Source: an uncultured Clostridia bacterium (GTDB taxonomy: Bacteria; Bacillota; Clostridia; Christensenellales; CAG-314). From it: a stretch of DNA of 64,000 bases. A program made the translations under genes and the position numbers. This document shows, piece after piece, positions 29,292 through 38,945 of the stretch (within the stretch, counting starts at the first letter, position 1; each line of letters begins with the position of its first letter). The DNA is taken from NCBI GenBank assembly GCA_947589685.1, contig CANQCN010000001.1:364-64363 (forward strand), given 5' to 3'. The notes below the pieces were generated by a model, which saw only the letters and a program-made list of their open reading frames with translations, searched no databases and was not told the DNA's origin.

Positions 29292-30287
29292 TCAGAACTG
29301 CGTTTGAAGTGCGGTTATCGCAACGGCGGCAACTATATCTTCCGACTTGCAACCGCGGGAAAGATCGTTGAGCGGTTTGGCAAAGCCTTGGCAAATGGGT
29401 CCGACAGCCATAAAACCGCCGAGACGCTCGGCTATTTTGTATCCGATGTTGCCCGCTTGAAGATCGGGGAAAATAAATACGTTGGCGTGCCCCGCAACGG
29501 GACTTCCCTTGGCTTTCATTTCTCCGACGGACGGAACTATCGCCGCGTCGAACTGCAATTCACCGTCCAATTTCAGATCGGGAGCCTTTTCCTTGGCAAT
29601 TCGGGTAGCTTCCTGAACGAGAGTTACGTTGTCATGTTTGGCGCTGCCCTTAGAGGAGAAAGAAAGCATTGCTACTTTCGGTTCGATGCCTGCTATCGTT
29701 TGCGCGGAGCGCGCGGTGGCTATTGCGCAGTCGGCAAGCCCCTCCGCGGTGTAAACGGGATTGAGTCCGCAATCGGCGAACACCACCAACCCGTCGGGAC
29801 AATATTGATTGCCTTGCGGCGGGCAAAGCATCAGGTTGAAGCTGGATACGGCGGAAACACCGGGAGCGGTTTTGATGATCTGCAATCCGGGACGAAGCGT
29901 ATTTGCCGTCGAATGACAAGCGCCGGAAACCAAGCCGTCCACGTCTCCCGTTTTAAGCATCATCGCACCGAAGTACGTTCCGTCTTTAAGCAGTTCCGTG
30001 GCTTGCTCGGCAGTCATGCCTTTCGAAGCGCGCAGCTCCACCAATTTTGCATTGTATTCGGCAAGCTTGTCGCTCGTCAAAGGATCTACTATCCTGACCC
30101 CCGTCAGATCGACGTCGGGATTAGCGGCTTTTATGGCTTTTTCATCGCCCAAAAGCACGATTTGCGCTATACCTTCCTCCGTTGCCATTTGCGCCGCTTT
30201 TACCACACGGCTGTCCTCTCCCTCGCAAAGCACTATGGTTTTGTGTAACTTCGACGCCTTGCTTTTGATTTGTTCCAATACGCTCAT
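29292..30287 (-). CDS. pta: phosphate acetyltransferase
   Basis: Start trimmed to MSVLEQIKSKASKLHKTIVLCEGED. About 331 aa, the short Pta form. Directly upstream of ackA. Confidence 0.95.
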   Translation of the reverse strand: MSVLEQIKSKASKLHKTIVLCEGEDSRVVKAAQMATEEGIAQIVLLGDEKAIKAANPDVDLTGVRIVDPLTSDKLAEYNAKLVELRASKGMTAEQATELLKDGTYFGAMMLKTGDVDGLVSGACHSTANTLRPGLQIIKTAPGVSAVSSFNLMLCPPQGNQYCPDGLVVFADCGLNPVYTAEGLADCAIATARSAQTIAGIEPKVAMLSFSSKGSAKHDNVTLVQEATRIAKEKAPDLKLDGELQFDAAIVPSVGEMKAKGSPVAGHANVFIFPDLQAGNIGYKIAERLGGFMAVGPICQGFAKPLNDLSRGCKSEDIVAAVAITALQTQF

Positions 30288-30426
30288 AACAATCTCCTTT
30301 TGAAACGCTTTATTTATCGTAAAATTTGATGTATAATATTTATAATCAAATTCACAATGCATATAGAATTATATCATATCGCATTGCGCTTGTAAACAAA
30401 AAAACAAATCGACAAGGAAATTCAAA

Positions 30427-31482
30427 ATGAAATCGGCAGCAATTATTTGCGAATTCGATCCGTTGCATACGGGACATAAACGCTTGATCGACTTTGCCAA
30501 AACCGTAGCTGACAAAGTGATCTGCATAATGAGCGGCAACTTTACCCAAAGAGGACTTCCCGCGTGCGCAGACAAGTACGCGCGGGCACGGCACGCCGTC
30601 ACTGCTGGCGCGGATATTGTCGTGGAGCTGCCGACGGTATTTGCGACAGCCTCGGCGGAAAACTTTGCTTACGGCGGGGTTTATATCGCCCAAAAAATGG
30701 GCGCGGATTTTCTTGTTTTCGGAAGCGAATGCGGCGATATGGAAAAATTGCTGAAATGCGCCGAAATGATAGACGACGCGGAAACGCAAAAAAAGATCCG
30801 CGAAGAAATCGGCAAAGGGGTGAGCTACCCCAAGGCCGTCGCGCTTGCGACGGGAACGGAACTGCTGGACAAACCGAACAACACTCTTGCGATCGAATAT
30901 ATCAGAGCGCTGCGCTTCGCTCACGCTTCGATAATTCCGTTGACGATCAAACGCGAGGACAACTACAACGAAATTCAACCCGCGCAATATGCGTCTTCGT
31001 CCATGCTTCGAAAAGACGCTTCGTTACGCGATCGCTATACGTTCGACTATGTGGCAAAAGATATAGACGACAATGTTGTGGAAAAATATTGCAATTTCGT
31101 TCCCTCCGCGCTTTCGTTAGCGACAAAAGAACGATTGGCGTTGACGGAAGGCGTGACCGAAGGATTGGAAAACAGGATAGTTAATGCAGACAAAACCCAA
31201 GGTTTTGAAAAAATGACGGAACAGATAAAAACCAAAAGGTACACGCGCTTGCGGCTGCAACGGGTATATCTCGATTACTTGTTGGGGATAGACAAAAACA
31301 CCGTTGCCGAAAGTAAAAAAAACTTTCCTCCGATAAAAGTACTTGCGGCGAACAAATCTTCCGTCCAACTCATAGCGAAAACGGAAAAAGACTCGGATCC
31401 CGTTACGCAACGCGCGGATCGCCTTTACTACTCGCTTACGGGCGGAGCGCCTCTCAATAGCGTCCAAATAATCGAAAATTAG
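30427..31482 (+). CDS. tmcAL: tRNA(Met) cytidine acetate ligase (YlbM/TmcAL family nucleotidyltransferase)
   Basis: 351 aa. MKSAAIICEFDPLHTGHKRLI (HxGH) and MSGNFTQRG, colinear with B. subtilis YlbM from memory. Confidence 0.88.
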   Translation: MKSAAIICEFDPLHTGHKRLIDFAKTVADKVICIMSGNFTQRGLPACADKYARARHAVTAGADIVVELPTVFATASAENFAYGGVYIAQKMGADFLVFGSECGDMEKLLKCAEMIDDAETQKKIREEIGKGVSYPKAVALATGTELLDKPNNTLAIEYIRALRFAHASIIPLTIKREDNYNEIQPAQYASSSMLRKDASLRDRYTFDYVAKDIDDNVVEKYCNFVPSALSLATKERLALTEGVTEGLENRIVNADKTQGFEKMTEQIKTKRYTRLRLQRVYLDYLLGIDKNTVAESKKNFPPIKVLAANKSSVQLIAKTEKDSDPVTQRADRLYYSLTGGAPLNSVQIIEN

Positions 31483-31608
31483 ATAAAAATCGAATATTAT
31501 GATATACTATGTCAGAAATAGTAGTTTATGTTTCATCGATTTCGGTTATAGTAAGGAACTATGACCGTTTTTATTCATACAGATAGCACTATCGCCATAT
31601 AATAGTTT

Positions 31609-32499
31609 GTGAAGTACTTTCGCGCGGTAATAACGTTGATATTGTTTGCGGTGATGGGAATATTTATTTCGTCGCCCGCAAAATATATGAAAAGCTTTTT
31701 TGACGGAATAACAGTCTGGGCATACAATGTGTTGCCCGCACTGTTTCCGTTTGCGGTATTGTCCGCAATAGCGCTAAAACTATCTCCCAAGAGCAAAAGA
31801 TCCTTGTCGGGACGCTTGTTCGGAGTAGCTTGCGACGAAGTTTGGGCAATGAGCTTGCTCTGCGGTTATCCGATAGGGGCAAAAGCTATCGCAGACAGCG
31901 ACGCGGACGAAACGACAGCAACCGTTGCTTCTTCGTTCTGTTCCACGGCGGGTCCCGTTTTTATAATAGCCACCGTCGGCGCAAAGCTTTTGCAAAATAT
32001 TTGCGCAACGCTGATCTTGGTCGTATCTCAATTTTGCGCCGCCATAATTAACGGTTTGCTGTATCGATCAAAACAAATCGTCCGCGTTTCCGAAAAGCAA
32101 AGCGAATTCAAAGCGGACGACATCGGCAACACAATAACAAATTCCGTCCTTTCGATATTGTCGGTAGGCGGATTGATAGCGTTGTTTTATATGCTGGCGG
32201 ATATGCTTAAAACGTTTTTGCCCGTATCTATGCAAGACAGCCTCGTCGTAGCCTACGCCATAGGAGTTTTCGAAATGACAAACGGCGTTTTCGCAGTATG
32301 TCAACTTGCCGACGTCTCCACCGCCACCGTATTGTGCAGCAGTCTGTTGGCGTTGGGCGGCATGTGCGTGTTTTTTCAGTGTTACGCCTTTCTCGGACAG
32401 AAAAAAGTAAGCCCCGTATCGATACTGAAAATGAAATTGACCCAATCGGCAATAGCAACCGTCGTCGGTTTTTGTTTGGTAAAATTATTTTTGCAATAA
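31609..32499 (+). CDS. ylbJ: YlbJ-like nucleoside-recognition-domain integral membrane protein
   Basis: 296 aa, GTG start, polytopic. FFDGITVWAYNVLPALFPF resembles the sporulation membrane protein YlbJ. Neighbours tmcAL, coaD and rsmD match the Bacillus ylb region. Confidence 0.65.
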   Translation: MKYFRAVITLILFAVMGIFISSPAKYMKSFFDGITVWAYNVLPALFPFAVLSAIALKLSPKSKRSLSGRLFGVACDEVWAMSLLCGYPIGAKAIADSDADETTATVASSFCSTAGPVFIIATVGAKLLQNICATLILVVSQFCAAIINGLLYRSKQIVRVSEKQSEFKADDIGNTITNSVLSILSVGGLIALFYMLADMLKTFLPVSMQDSLVVAYAIGVFEMTNGVFAVCQLADVSTATVLCSSLLALGGMCVFFQCYAFLGQKKVSPVSILKMKLTQSAIATVVGFCLVKLFLQ

Positions 32500-32531
32500 A
32501 AAAGCGGGGTCTATCCCGCATTTTCAAAAGA

Positions 32532-33512
32532 TCAATCTTCAAGTTGTTCGTTCAAAAATTTCAGCAAGCTTTCCGTCATTTCAAAACTCAGACAGTCGTC
32601 GGTTTTCGACACGCCGTATTTGTCGGATCGAGCGCCCGAATACAAGTAACTTTCCATCATTATGCCGTTTACGCCGCTTTTCAATGCAATTTCGGCGTTG
32701 GCGATCTGATTTAAAGCGTTTTTTCCGCTGTTGGCATGGTTAAGATCCGCCATTACAAAATCGTTCAAACCCCTTTCTCGCAACATAGATTTTGCGATTT
32801 CGACAGATTTGCCGTCTATGTTGGACATATAAGCGCCGCTTCGGTAACCGCCGCGCAAAACGATATGGGCGGTTTTGCAACCGCTTGCGGCAATTTGCGT
32901 CCCCTTGTAAGGAAATATGCGAGGCGAAGCAACGGCATAAAGCGAGTTTACGACCTTTTCGACATCGCCGTCGGTCGGATTTTTTATGCCGCAACAAACG
33001 TCAAGCCCCGACGCGATATCGCGGTGCAACGCGTCCTCCGAGCTGCGCGCGCCCACAAACCAATAATTTACCAAATCGTCAAAGCACTCGTATAGTTCGG
33101 GATACAGCAGCTCATCCGCTACGGGCAAGCCCAACTTCAAACATCCCGTCATCATACGTCTGCAACGCATTATCCCGTCGTTTATATCGATCTCGTCGTC
33201 TCGTGAAAGCTGAAACGCGGTCCCCTTGTAGCCTTCGCCGTTGGAATGGGGCTTGGCGGTGTAGATACGAGCGACGATCAGCAACTTGGAGCATGCTTGC
33301 GACGCCCTTTCGAGCTTTACCAGATACTCTTCCATTGCCGCGGGATCGTCGGCTGCACACGGTCCGCAAACGACGACGAACTTTTTTCGCGAAGTCATAT
33401 TGTCGACGAGCTGCTCATCCAGCAACCTTTTTTTCGCGCGTAATTCTTCCGACAACGGAACTGAGTTTTTGTATTTTTCTGCCGAATACAGTTTCTTTTG
33501 TTTTGTAAACAT
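32532..33512 (-). CDS. 3-deoxy-7-phosphoheptulonate (DAHP) synthase, class I-alpha-like, divergent
   Basis: Start trimmed to MFTKQKK (ATG 33512, which overlaps the coaD stop as TAATG). It aligns by eye to E. coli AroG: VVCGPCAADD, IVARIYTAKPHSNGEGYKG, VGARSSED, HIVLRGG, LNHANS, IMMESYL. Confidence 0.8.
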   Translation of the reverse strand: MFTKQKKLYSAEKYKNSVPLSEELRAKKRLLDEQLVDNMTSRKKFVVVCGPCAADDPAAMEEYLVKLERASQACSKLLIVARIYTAKPHSNGEGYKGTAFQLSRDDEIDINDGIMRCRRMMTGCLKLGLPVADELLYPELYECFDDLVNYWFVGARSSEDALHRDIASGLDVCCGIKNPTDGDVEKVVNSLYAVASPRIFPYKGTQIAASGCKTAHIVLRGGYRSGAYMSNIDGKSVEIAKSMLRERGLNDFVMADLNHANSGKNALNQIANAEIALKSGVNGIMMESYLYSGARSDKYGVSKTDDCLSFEMTESLLKFLNEQLED

Positions 33513-33988
33513 TATCTGACCAAATACTTTTTGATTTCTTCCAAACAGCTCTTCGGCACAAATTCGGAAAAGTCCTGCTTCAAACTTGCCAATTCTCTCA
33601 CCAAGGAGCCGGAAATATGACGATACTGCTTGCTGCCGACAACAAACACCGTGTCGCCGTTCCAAAAATCGCAATTTATGTCTTTCAAATCGATGACGGA
33701 CTGCAAATCCATTGCGTTGCGAATGGATTTTATCATTACGTCGGCGCCCACGCTCGCGCAAAATTCCGTCATCATGCCGTCGAATCTCACGGCTTCCGCA
33801 TTTTGCACATGTTCTATCGCCGTTTTAAGCATTTCCAGACGCGCGTCCGACGGGATCGAATAATGTTTGTTGATGTTGTTTCCGACAACGACGTACAGCT
33901 TGTCCACAAGCCGCGCGGCTTGCTCGATGGCGTCAACGTGACCTATCGTAACGGGACAAAACGATCCCGCAAAAACTCCTGTTCTCAT
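33512..33988 (-). CDS. coaD: phosphopantetheine adenylyltransferase
   Basis: 158 aa. FAGSFCPVTIGHVD (T/HxGH). Confidence 0.95.
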   Translation of the reverse strand: MRTGVFAGSFCPVTIGHVDAIEQAARLVDKLYVVVGNNINKHYSIPSDARLEMLKTAIEHVQNAEAVRFDGMMTEFCASVGADVMIKSIRNAMDLQSVIDLKDINCDFWNGDTVFVVGSKQYRHISGSLVRELASLKQDFSEFVPKSCLEEIKKYLVR

Positions 33989-34524
33989 TGTTTGCTCCTT
34001 TGATAAAAGCTGAATTGTACCGTACCTATCTTTCTGTTGTCAAAACACGCCAATTCGCCCAAGCTCATAGGCAATTCGTCCTCGGCGGCATGCTCGCAAA
34101 CTACAATTCCGTCGTCGCTTAATATTGCGCAGTCGTCGATAAGTCGCAAAACTTCGCCGTAAAATCCCGATTTGTAGGGCGGATCGACAAAAATTATATC
34201 CGCTTTGCACCTTAAAGCTTTGAGGCAATTGCGAAAATCTCCGTATATCACTTCGGGCTTTTCGTTGATTTTTGCAAAATTGGCATAAATCGCCGCGAGG
34301 GCGTCTTTGCTGTTGTCGCACAAAATCGCACGACTTGCACCCCTGCTGAGACACTCTATCGCAAGCTGTCCCGAACCCGCAAACAGATCCAACACGACGG
34401 CGTTTACCACTTTTGCATTGATTATGTTGAAAAGCGTTTCCTTCATTCTGTCCAAAGTAGGACGTGCGGCATTTCGTGGTGCGACGAGTTTTCTTCCCTT
34501 ATATTTTCCGGTAATTACTCTCAT
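33985..34524 (-). CDS. rsmD: 16S rRNA (guanine966-N2)-methyltransferase
   Basis: 179 aa. LDLFAGSGQLAIE SAM motif and FVDPPY. ATGA overlap with coaD. Confidence 0.92.
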   Translation of the reverse strand: MRVITGKYKGRKLVAPRNAARPTLDRMKETLFNIINAKVVNAVVLDLFAGSGQLAIECLSRGASRAILCDNSKDALAAIYANFAKINEKPEVIYGDFRNCLKALRCKADIIFVDPPYKSGFYGEVLRLIDDCAILSDDGIVVCEHAAEDELPMSLGELACFDNRKIGTVQFSFYQRSKQ

Positions 34525-34542
34525 CGCCTATATTTTACAACA

Positions 34543-35535
34543 TTATTGCAAATTGCACAACAATTCGTAAATAATTACTTTTTCATCGGACAAATCCACG
34601 CCGTCGCCGAGCAGTGTTGCCGTATCGCCGACGTGTACGTGTGCGTTTCCCGTGTCGACAAGCGTCATTGCCATACATATCGCTGCGATCGGAAAAAAAT
34701 TTTCTCCGATTTTTATTTTTTTCCCCACCAATATGCGCGGCAAACCGTTGGCGTAACCCACGTTCAGTACCGCGATATTCGTCGGATGAGCGCAAATATA
34801 TTTCGCGCCGTAACCCACCGCGGCGCCCTTATCGACGGTTCTTACCGCTATCACATCTGCGTACGCTTTTTTCACGGGAACAAGCGCTTTATTGCCGTAA
34901 CCGAACAAACCCAATCCCACTCTCACGCCGTCGAGATGATATTTTGAAGAAAGCAGCGTCGCCCCCGTGTTTGCAATATGGCAAATTGCGTTCGGAAAGC
35001 TGCGCAAAAGAATATCGCGGCATTTGATGAAATAGTCGAGCTGAGCGTCGCAAGCTTTCGCAGTATCGCCGTAAAAATGCGAAAAAATTCCCTCGACGTT
35101 TACCGAGCAGGATCTCAGCGCGTTTACCAACCGATCCGTTTGACTGTACGTAAAACCCAATCTCGACATTCCGCTTTCTATTTTCAAGTGAATTCGCGCA
35201 GCTTTATTTAGTCTTTTTGCCGCGCTATCGACTCGTCGAAGCGTTTCGAAACTGTCGACAGTTAGCATTATCCCGTCGTTTATCGCTTGTTCCGTATCGC
35301 GCGAACTTTGCGGCAACAACACCAAAACGTCCTTGCGCAAAAACAATATTTTTTCCGCCTCGGCAACACTACCGACCGCGAAAAGATCCGCAATATGATT
35401 TATTTGGCTTGCTACCCGCACCAAGCCGTGACCGTACGCATTGTTTTTGAGTACGGCAAATAATTTTTTGTTTCCGACAAGCTTTCTGAAAAAGAGGGCG
35501 TTTTTAGTAAGCGCGTCGAAATCTACTGCAATCAA
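34543..35535 (-). CDS. alr: alanine racemase (short form)
   Basis: 330 aa. PLP-lysine motif AVLKNNAYGHG and a C-terminal beta domain. TTG start. Confidence 0.78.
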   Translation of the reverse strand: MIAVDFDALTKNALFFRKLVGNKKLFAVLKNNAYGHGLVRVASQINHIADLFAVGSVAEAEKILFLRKDVLVLLPQSSRDTEQAINDGIMLTVDSFETLRRVDSAAKRLNKAARIHLKIESGMSRLGFTYSQTDRLVNALRSCSVNVEGIFSHFYGDTAKACDAQLDYFIKCRDILLRSFPNAICHIANTGATLLSSKYHLDGVRVGLGLFGYGNKALVPVKKAYADVIAVRTVDKGAAVGYGAKYICAHPTNIAVLNVGYANGLPRILVGKKIKIGENFFPIAAICMAMTLVDTGNAHVHVGDTATLLGDGVDLSDEKVIIYELLCNLQ

Positions 35536-35572
35536 CTCTGTGACCTCTGAATTTCTTACACCCGTTTAAGGG

Positions 35573-35601
35573 TTTACATCTGCATATTTTTTTGCTATAC
35601 T
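35573..35601 (+). promoter_or_regulatory. sigma-70-type promoter candidate abutting the ATG at 35608
   Basis: TTTACA-17 nt-TATACT. The -10 box ends 6 nt before the ATG and no SD is present. Confidence 0.4.
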
Positions 35602-35607
35602 ATAAAT

Positions 35608-36078
35608 ATGAAATTCAAATTAAAGTCAACACCGGCAATACAAATTTTATTGTGGATAATTGCCGCGATAAGCCTTTTGGGACTTGTTGTGGGCATTCTT
35701 GCCTTGGTCGGGGTGCATATCGAGGTTACGCATATACAAGGTATCCTCTTGGCCAGCGTATGCTCGTTTACTTTGTTGATCTCGTTGCTTTTCGTCACGA
35801 TCCACTACAAGGTAGACGCAAATTGTATTCACCTAAACATTGCGTTTGTCGATATGCTAAGTAATCGTATTCGAATAGACAAAATACTCAACATAGTGAT
35901 AGAAAACGGCAATTTTTACATCAGTTATTTGTGGAAAGGACCCGATCCCGTAATTGCGGCGATAATGATCCACCCAAAACGGTTTGACGAGATGAAAACA
36001 TTGCTTATGTCCAGCAATCCCAATATCGTTTTTTACGAAGCAAAAGACAATGAAACTACTGATAGCGAGCAACAATAA
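35608..36078 (+). CDS. membrane protein with C-terminal PH-like (DUF304-type) region, hypothetical
   Basis: 156 aa. Two N-terminal TM helices followed by a soluble domain (IRIDKILNIVIENGNFYISYLWKG...). The family call is tentative. Confidence 0.5.
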   Translation: MKFKLKSTPAIQILLWIIAAISLLGLVVGILALVGVHIEVTHIQGILLASVCSFTLLISLLFVTIHYKVDANCIHLNIAFVDMLSNRIRIDKILNIVIENGNFYISYLWKGPDPVIAAIMIHPKRFDEMKTLLMSSNPNIVFYEAKDNETTDSEQQ

Positions 36079-36619
36079 ACACAAAATAGAAGAAATAAAA
36101 GCGTCTTTATCAAATAAATTTCAAGAGATCACCACTCTCCAAGAAGAAGGTATCGTTTGCGACCCCGAAGAAATCGGCAAAAATTTCTACGAAAACGCAT
36201 TGATAAAAGCGCGCGCCGTACAAAAACTGACGAACATCCCCGTGCTTGCAGACGACACGGGACTTTGCGTAGACGCGCTCGGAGGAGCGCCGGGAGTACA
36301 TTCGGCGCGGTATGCAAGCGATCACGACAGCGCAGCCAACAGACGTAAGCTTTTGCAAGAACTTGCTTGCCGAAAAAACAGAAAAGCGCATTTCGAGACT
36401 GTTGTCGTGCTTCTGTTTCCCGACGGCAAACTGATCGACGGAATCGGACGCGTGGACGGACGCATACTGAAAGAGGAAAAGGGAGAAAACGGATTCGGTT
36501 ACGACAGCATATTCTACTGCGACGAACTCGGCAAAACATTTGCGGAAGCCACTGCCGAAGAAAAACTCTCCGTCAGCCATCGAGGCAGAGCATTACAAGA
36601 TCTGATTAGTAAAATATAA
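36050..36619 (+). CDS. rdgB: dITP/XTP pyrophosphatase (RdgB/Ham1 family)
   Basis: 189 aa. MKLLIASNNKHKIEE, ADDTGLCVDALGGAPGVHSARYA and FGYDSIF. Confidence 0.93.
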   Translation: MKLLIASNNKHKIEEIKASLSNKFQEITTLQEEGIVCDPEEIGKNFYENALIKARAVQKLTNIPVLADDTGLCVDALGGAPGVHSARYASDHDSAANRRKLLQELACRKNRKAHFETVVVLLFPDGKLIDGIGRVDGRILKEEKGENGFGYDSIFYCDELGKTFAEATAEEKLSVSHRGRALQDLISKI

Positions 36620-36659
36620 CAACAAGTCGTTGCGATTAAGCCGAATTTTTGCAAGTAAA

Positions 36660-36692
36660 CAGGGGATGAAAACATTCATCCCCGCTATTTTT
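36660..36692. terminator. bidirectional rho-independent terminator (rdgB / HAD gene)
   Basis: Stem GGGGATGAA (36662-36670) / TTCATCCCC (36675-36683), with a T-run on the plus strand and a T-rich tail on the minus strand. Confidence 0.65.
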
Positions 36693-36696
36693 GTGA

Positions 36697-37383
36697 CTAA
36701 AACACTATTTTCAACAGCTGCCTCAGGTCGTCTATTTCAAATGTCGGATGCAGCGATGAACTGTTTTCACAATGGTTGGGATTGAACCAACACGTATCCA
36801 CATCGGCATTGACGCCGCCTTGAATATCGCTTGTCAGGCTGTCGCCTATCATCAACACCTTGGATCTGTCGGGATTTCCCATACGCTTGAAGCAATGATC
36901 AAAGTACCGTTTTTGCGGCTTGGGGCAGCCTATCTCTTCGGATACAAACCGCGCGATAAAATACTTGTCCATTCCGCTGCCCTTCATACGGCTGTTTTGT
37001 ATCGCAAGCACACCGTTGGAGACAAGGTATAAGCGGCAATGCTTTTGCAATTCCGTCAGCACCTCTTCCGCATGCGGAATCACGTCAAAGCCTTGCATAA
37101 GATAGTGTTCGTACAATTCTCCCGTACGTTCCGCATCTTCCGCGGGAAGCCGCAACGCCTTGAACGTTTCGATAAAACGATTGGAAAGCACTTCTTCTTT
37201 TGTTTGCTTGCCTTGCTCAAACAGTCGCCACTGCTCGATGTTCTTTTGTCGGTAGACCGCAAGCTTTTTCCGAGTAAATTCCAACCCCATATCGCGAAAA
37301 GCCCATTTAAGAGCTTGTTCTTCCGCCTTGTCGAAATCGAGAATTGTGTTGTCTGCGTCAAAAAGCAATATATCGTATTTCAA
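36697..37383 (-). CDS. HAD-IA hydrolase, YjjG-like nucleotidase
   Basis: 228 aa. (M)KYDILLFDADNTILDF carries the DxDxT motif and IGDSLTSDIQGG is present. TTG start with GGAGA 6 nt upstream. Confidence 0.85.
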   Translation of the reverse strand: MKYDILLFDADNTILDFDKAEEQALKWAFRDMGLEFTRKKLAVYRQKNIEQWRLFEQGKQTKEEVLSNRFIETFKALRLPAEDAERTGELYEHYLMQGFDVIPHAEEVLTELQKHCRLYLVSNGVLAIQNSRMKGSGMDKYFIARFVSEEIGCPKPQKRYFDHCFKRMGNPDRSKVLMIGDSLTSDIQGGVNADVDTCWFNPNHCENSSSLHPTFEIDDLRQLLKIVF

Positions 37384-37385
37384 AA

Positions 37386-38942
37386 TTATCTCCGTGTTGT
37401 TGAGTAATTGTTTTCAAAATCATACAAATGTATAAGTGTATTCTTTGTATGTTCCGCGACAATGTCGCTTGCGACCGCATCCAGGATCGCGCCTATATCA
37501 CTCTTGCGATAATGCGTTTTGTTGCCTTCGGCGTCCTTTCGAGAAAATTTTGCATTTTTTTGATTTGAAGTGTTGACATTCTTTGAATTTTTGCGTATAC
37601 TATCCGTAGAAGTTACTTCTTTGCTTGAAATTAAGGCGGGCTTAATTGCCCTGTCGTTCGGCGAAGAAGTAACTTTTTCATTTAGAGAGATATCGTACAC
37701 ATATTCATTTATGCCTTTCTTTCTCACATTTACAACTTCATCATAAACAATCCCGTCTATTTCAACTGTTTTAACAAAGTAGTCCCACGAGCCAACATTT
37801 TTATGCGCCTGTGTATTTTTACCTCTCTCCGGAGAACTGCCCCAATATTTTGCGTTTTCCACCAAATCAAATATATCTCCGCTTGCTCCTACATTTAATT
37901 TGGCTTTTTTTCCGCTTGTATCAGAATTTATATCGCCATAGGCAAGTTTCTTTACATCTTCACGTGCAAAACTTGCATAATACACTTTTCCGTCCACTGT
38001 AAACTTTGCCAATCTGTCGCGATACTCGTTACGCATTTGTTGTACAAATAGTTTGCGCTTTTCTGCATTGGTCAATGAGCGGATGTCTTTGCTCGTCTCG
38101 TAGATCTCTATCCCGTCTTGCGTTGTGCCTTTGAGAGAAAATTTTGCTCGGCTTACACCGCTTTGCTCGCCTGAACTGCTGCTCTCACTATCTCCACTTC
38201 CGTTGCGTTGAGTTTCTCCCCTTCGAGCCTGCTCTTGACCCAATTGTTGAACTTTACTATCGCCTCTTCTGTTTCGAGATGATAACGAATTGTCAGATAC
38301 GACTCCTCCGTCAGCGGAACCTGCTCTTCTATTGATTGAAGTAATTTCACCAACGCTTTCTTGTAAGGATTGTTTCTCGGCAACATTTTCTCTGTCCTCC
38401 GTGTACTCTTGATATTGCTTTTCGGTCATTTGAGCGATGATTTGATAGCCCCAATCGGCATCATCAACCTTTTCAATCAAATACCACTTGTCTTGGAAAC
38501 TGATAGCAGCTTGATCGCCGGCTTTTATGTCTGCCCTATGCGCCCAACGAGTAGCCAACTCGTTTGCTTGCGAACCTCTGCTTTCGCTGTATGTCGGGAA
38601 AGTTCTTCCGATAAACTGGTCCTTTCTCGACTCTTGCGGCGCGGAGGCGTTTTCATTATACGACTTTTCGGAGTCAACGTCAATATCCGCGTCATCGTCT
38701 TCGGCGCCGTTCATCATTATCTTCCCTGCGACATATCTTGCTCCAAGCTCATTCAAAGCTTCCTTCCAGATTTGTTCGGCTTTTACAAAACGACGATACT
38801 CCTTGCGCGCATTGCTGTCTGTAACGCGTCCAAACGCCTCCTTGACCTCAATGATCTTTGACAAAAACCTTTGAGCCCAGCTGCGCTGCGACTTTGTAAA
38901 GCGCTTGATAAATTCTTTGTTGCCCAGCACGTCCGAAGCCAT
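37386..38942 (-). pseudogene. internal fragment of a phage/ICE polyvalent-type large protein
   Basis: The ORF track gives 582 aa (to 39134), but the first 64 codons are antisense to the integrase stub, so ATG 38942 is the outer limit. It is modular, with S/G/R/Q-rich linkers and AKFSLKG / AKFSRKD boundaries. The last module is cut short 2 nt before the HAD start. Family assigned by gestalt only. Confidence 0.45.
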
Positions 38943-38945
38943 TAG

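Noticed and set aside
30352-30987. A 211-aa minus-strand ORF overlapping the tmcAL 5' half.
   Set aside because: It is antisense to a gene with a clear HxGH nucleotidyltransferase signature. The translation is R/F-rich with no motifs.
38153-38386. A 77-aa alternate-frame ORF (MLPRNNPYKKALVKLLQSIEEQVPLTEESYLTIRYHLETEEAIVKFNNWVKSRLEGEKLNATEVEIVRAAVQASKAV) nested inside the polyvalent-protein fragment. It looks helical and protein-like.
   Set aside because: It overlaps the purine-rich linker of the main frame, where any frame yields K/E/R-rich helix-like text. It has no SD. The main frame resumes a recognisable module boundary (AKFSLKG) right after it. An overprinted gene cannot be supported from sequence alone. 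A profile search is worthwhile but I do not call it.
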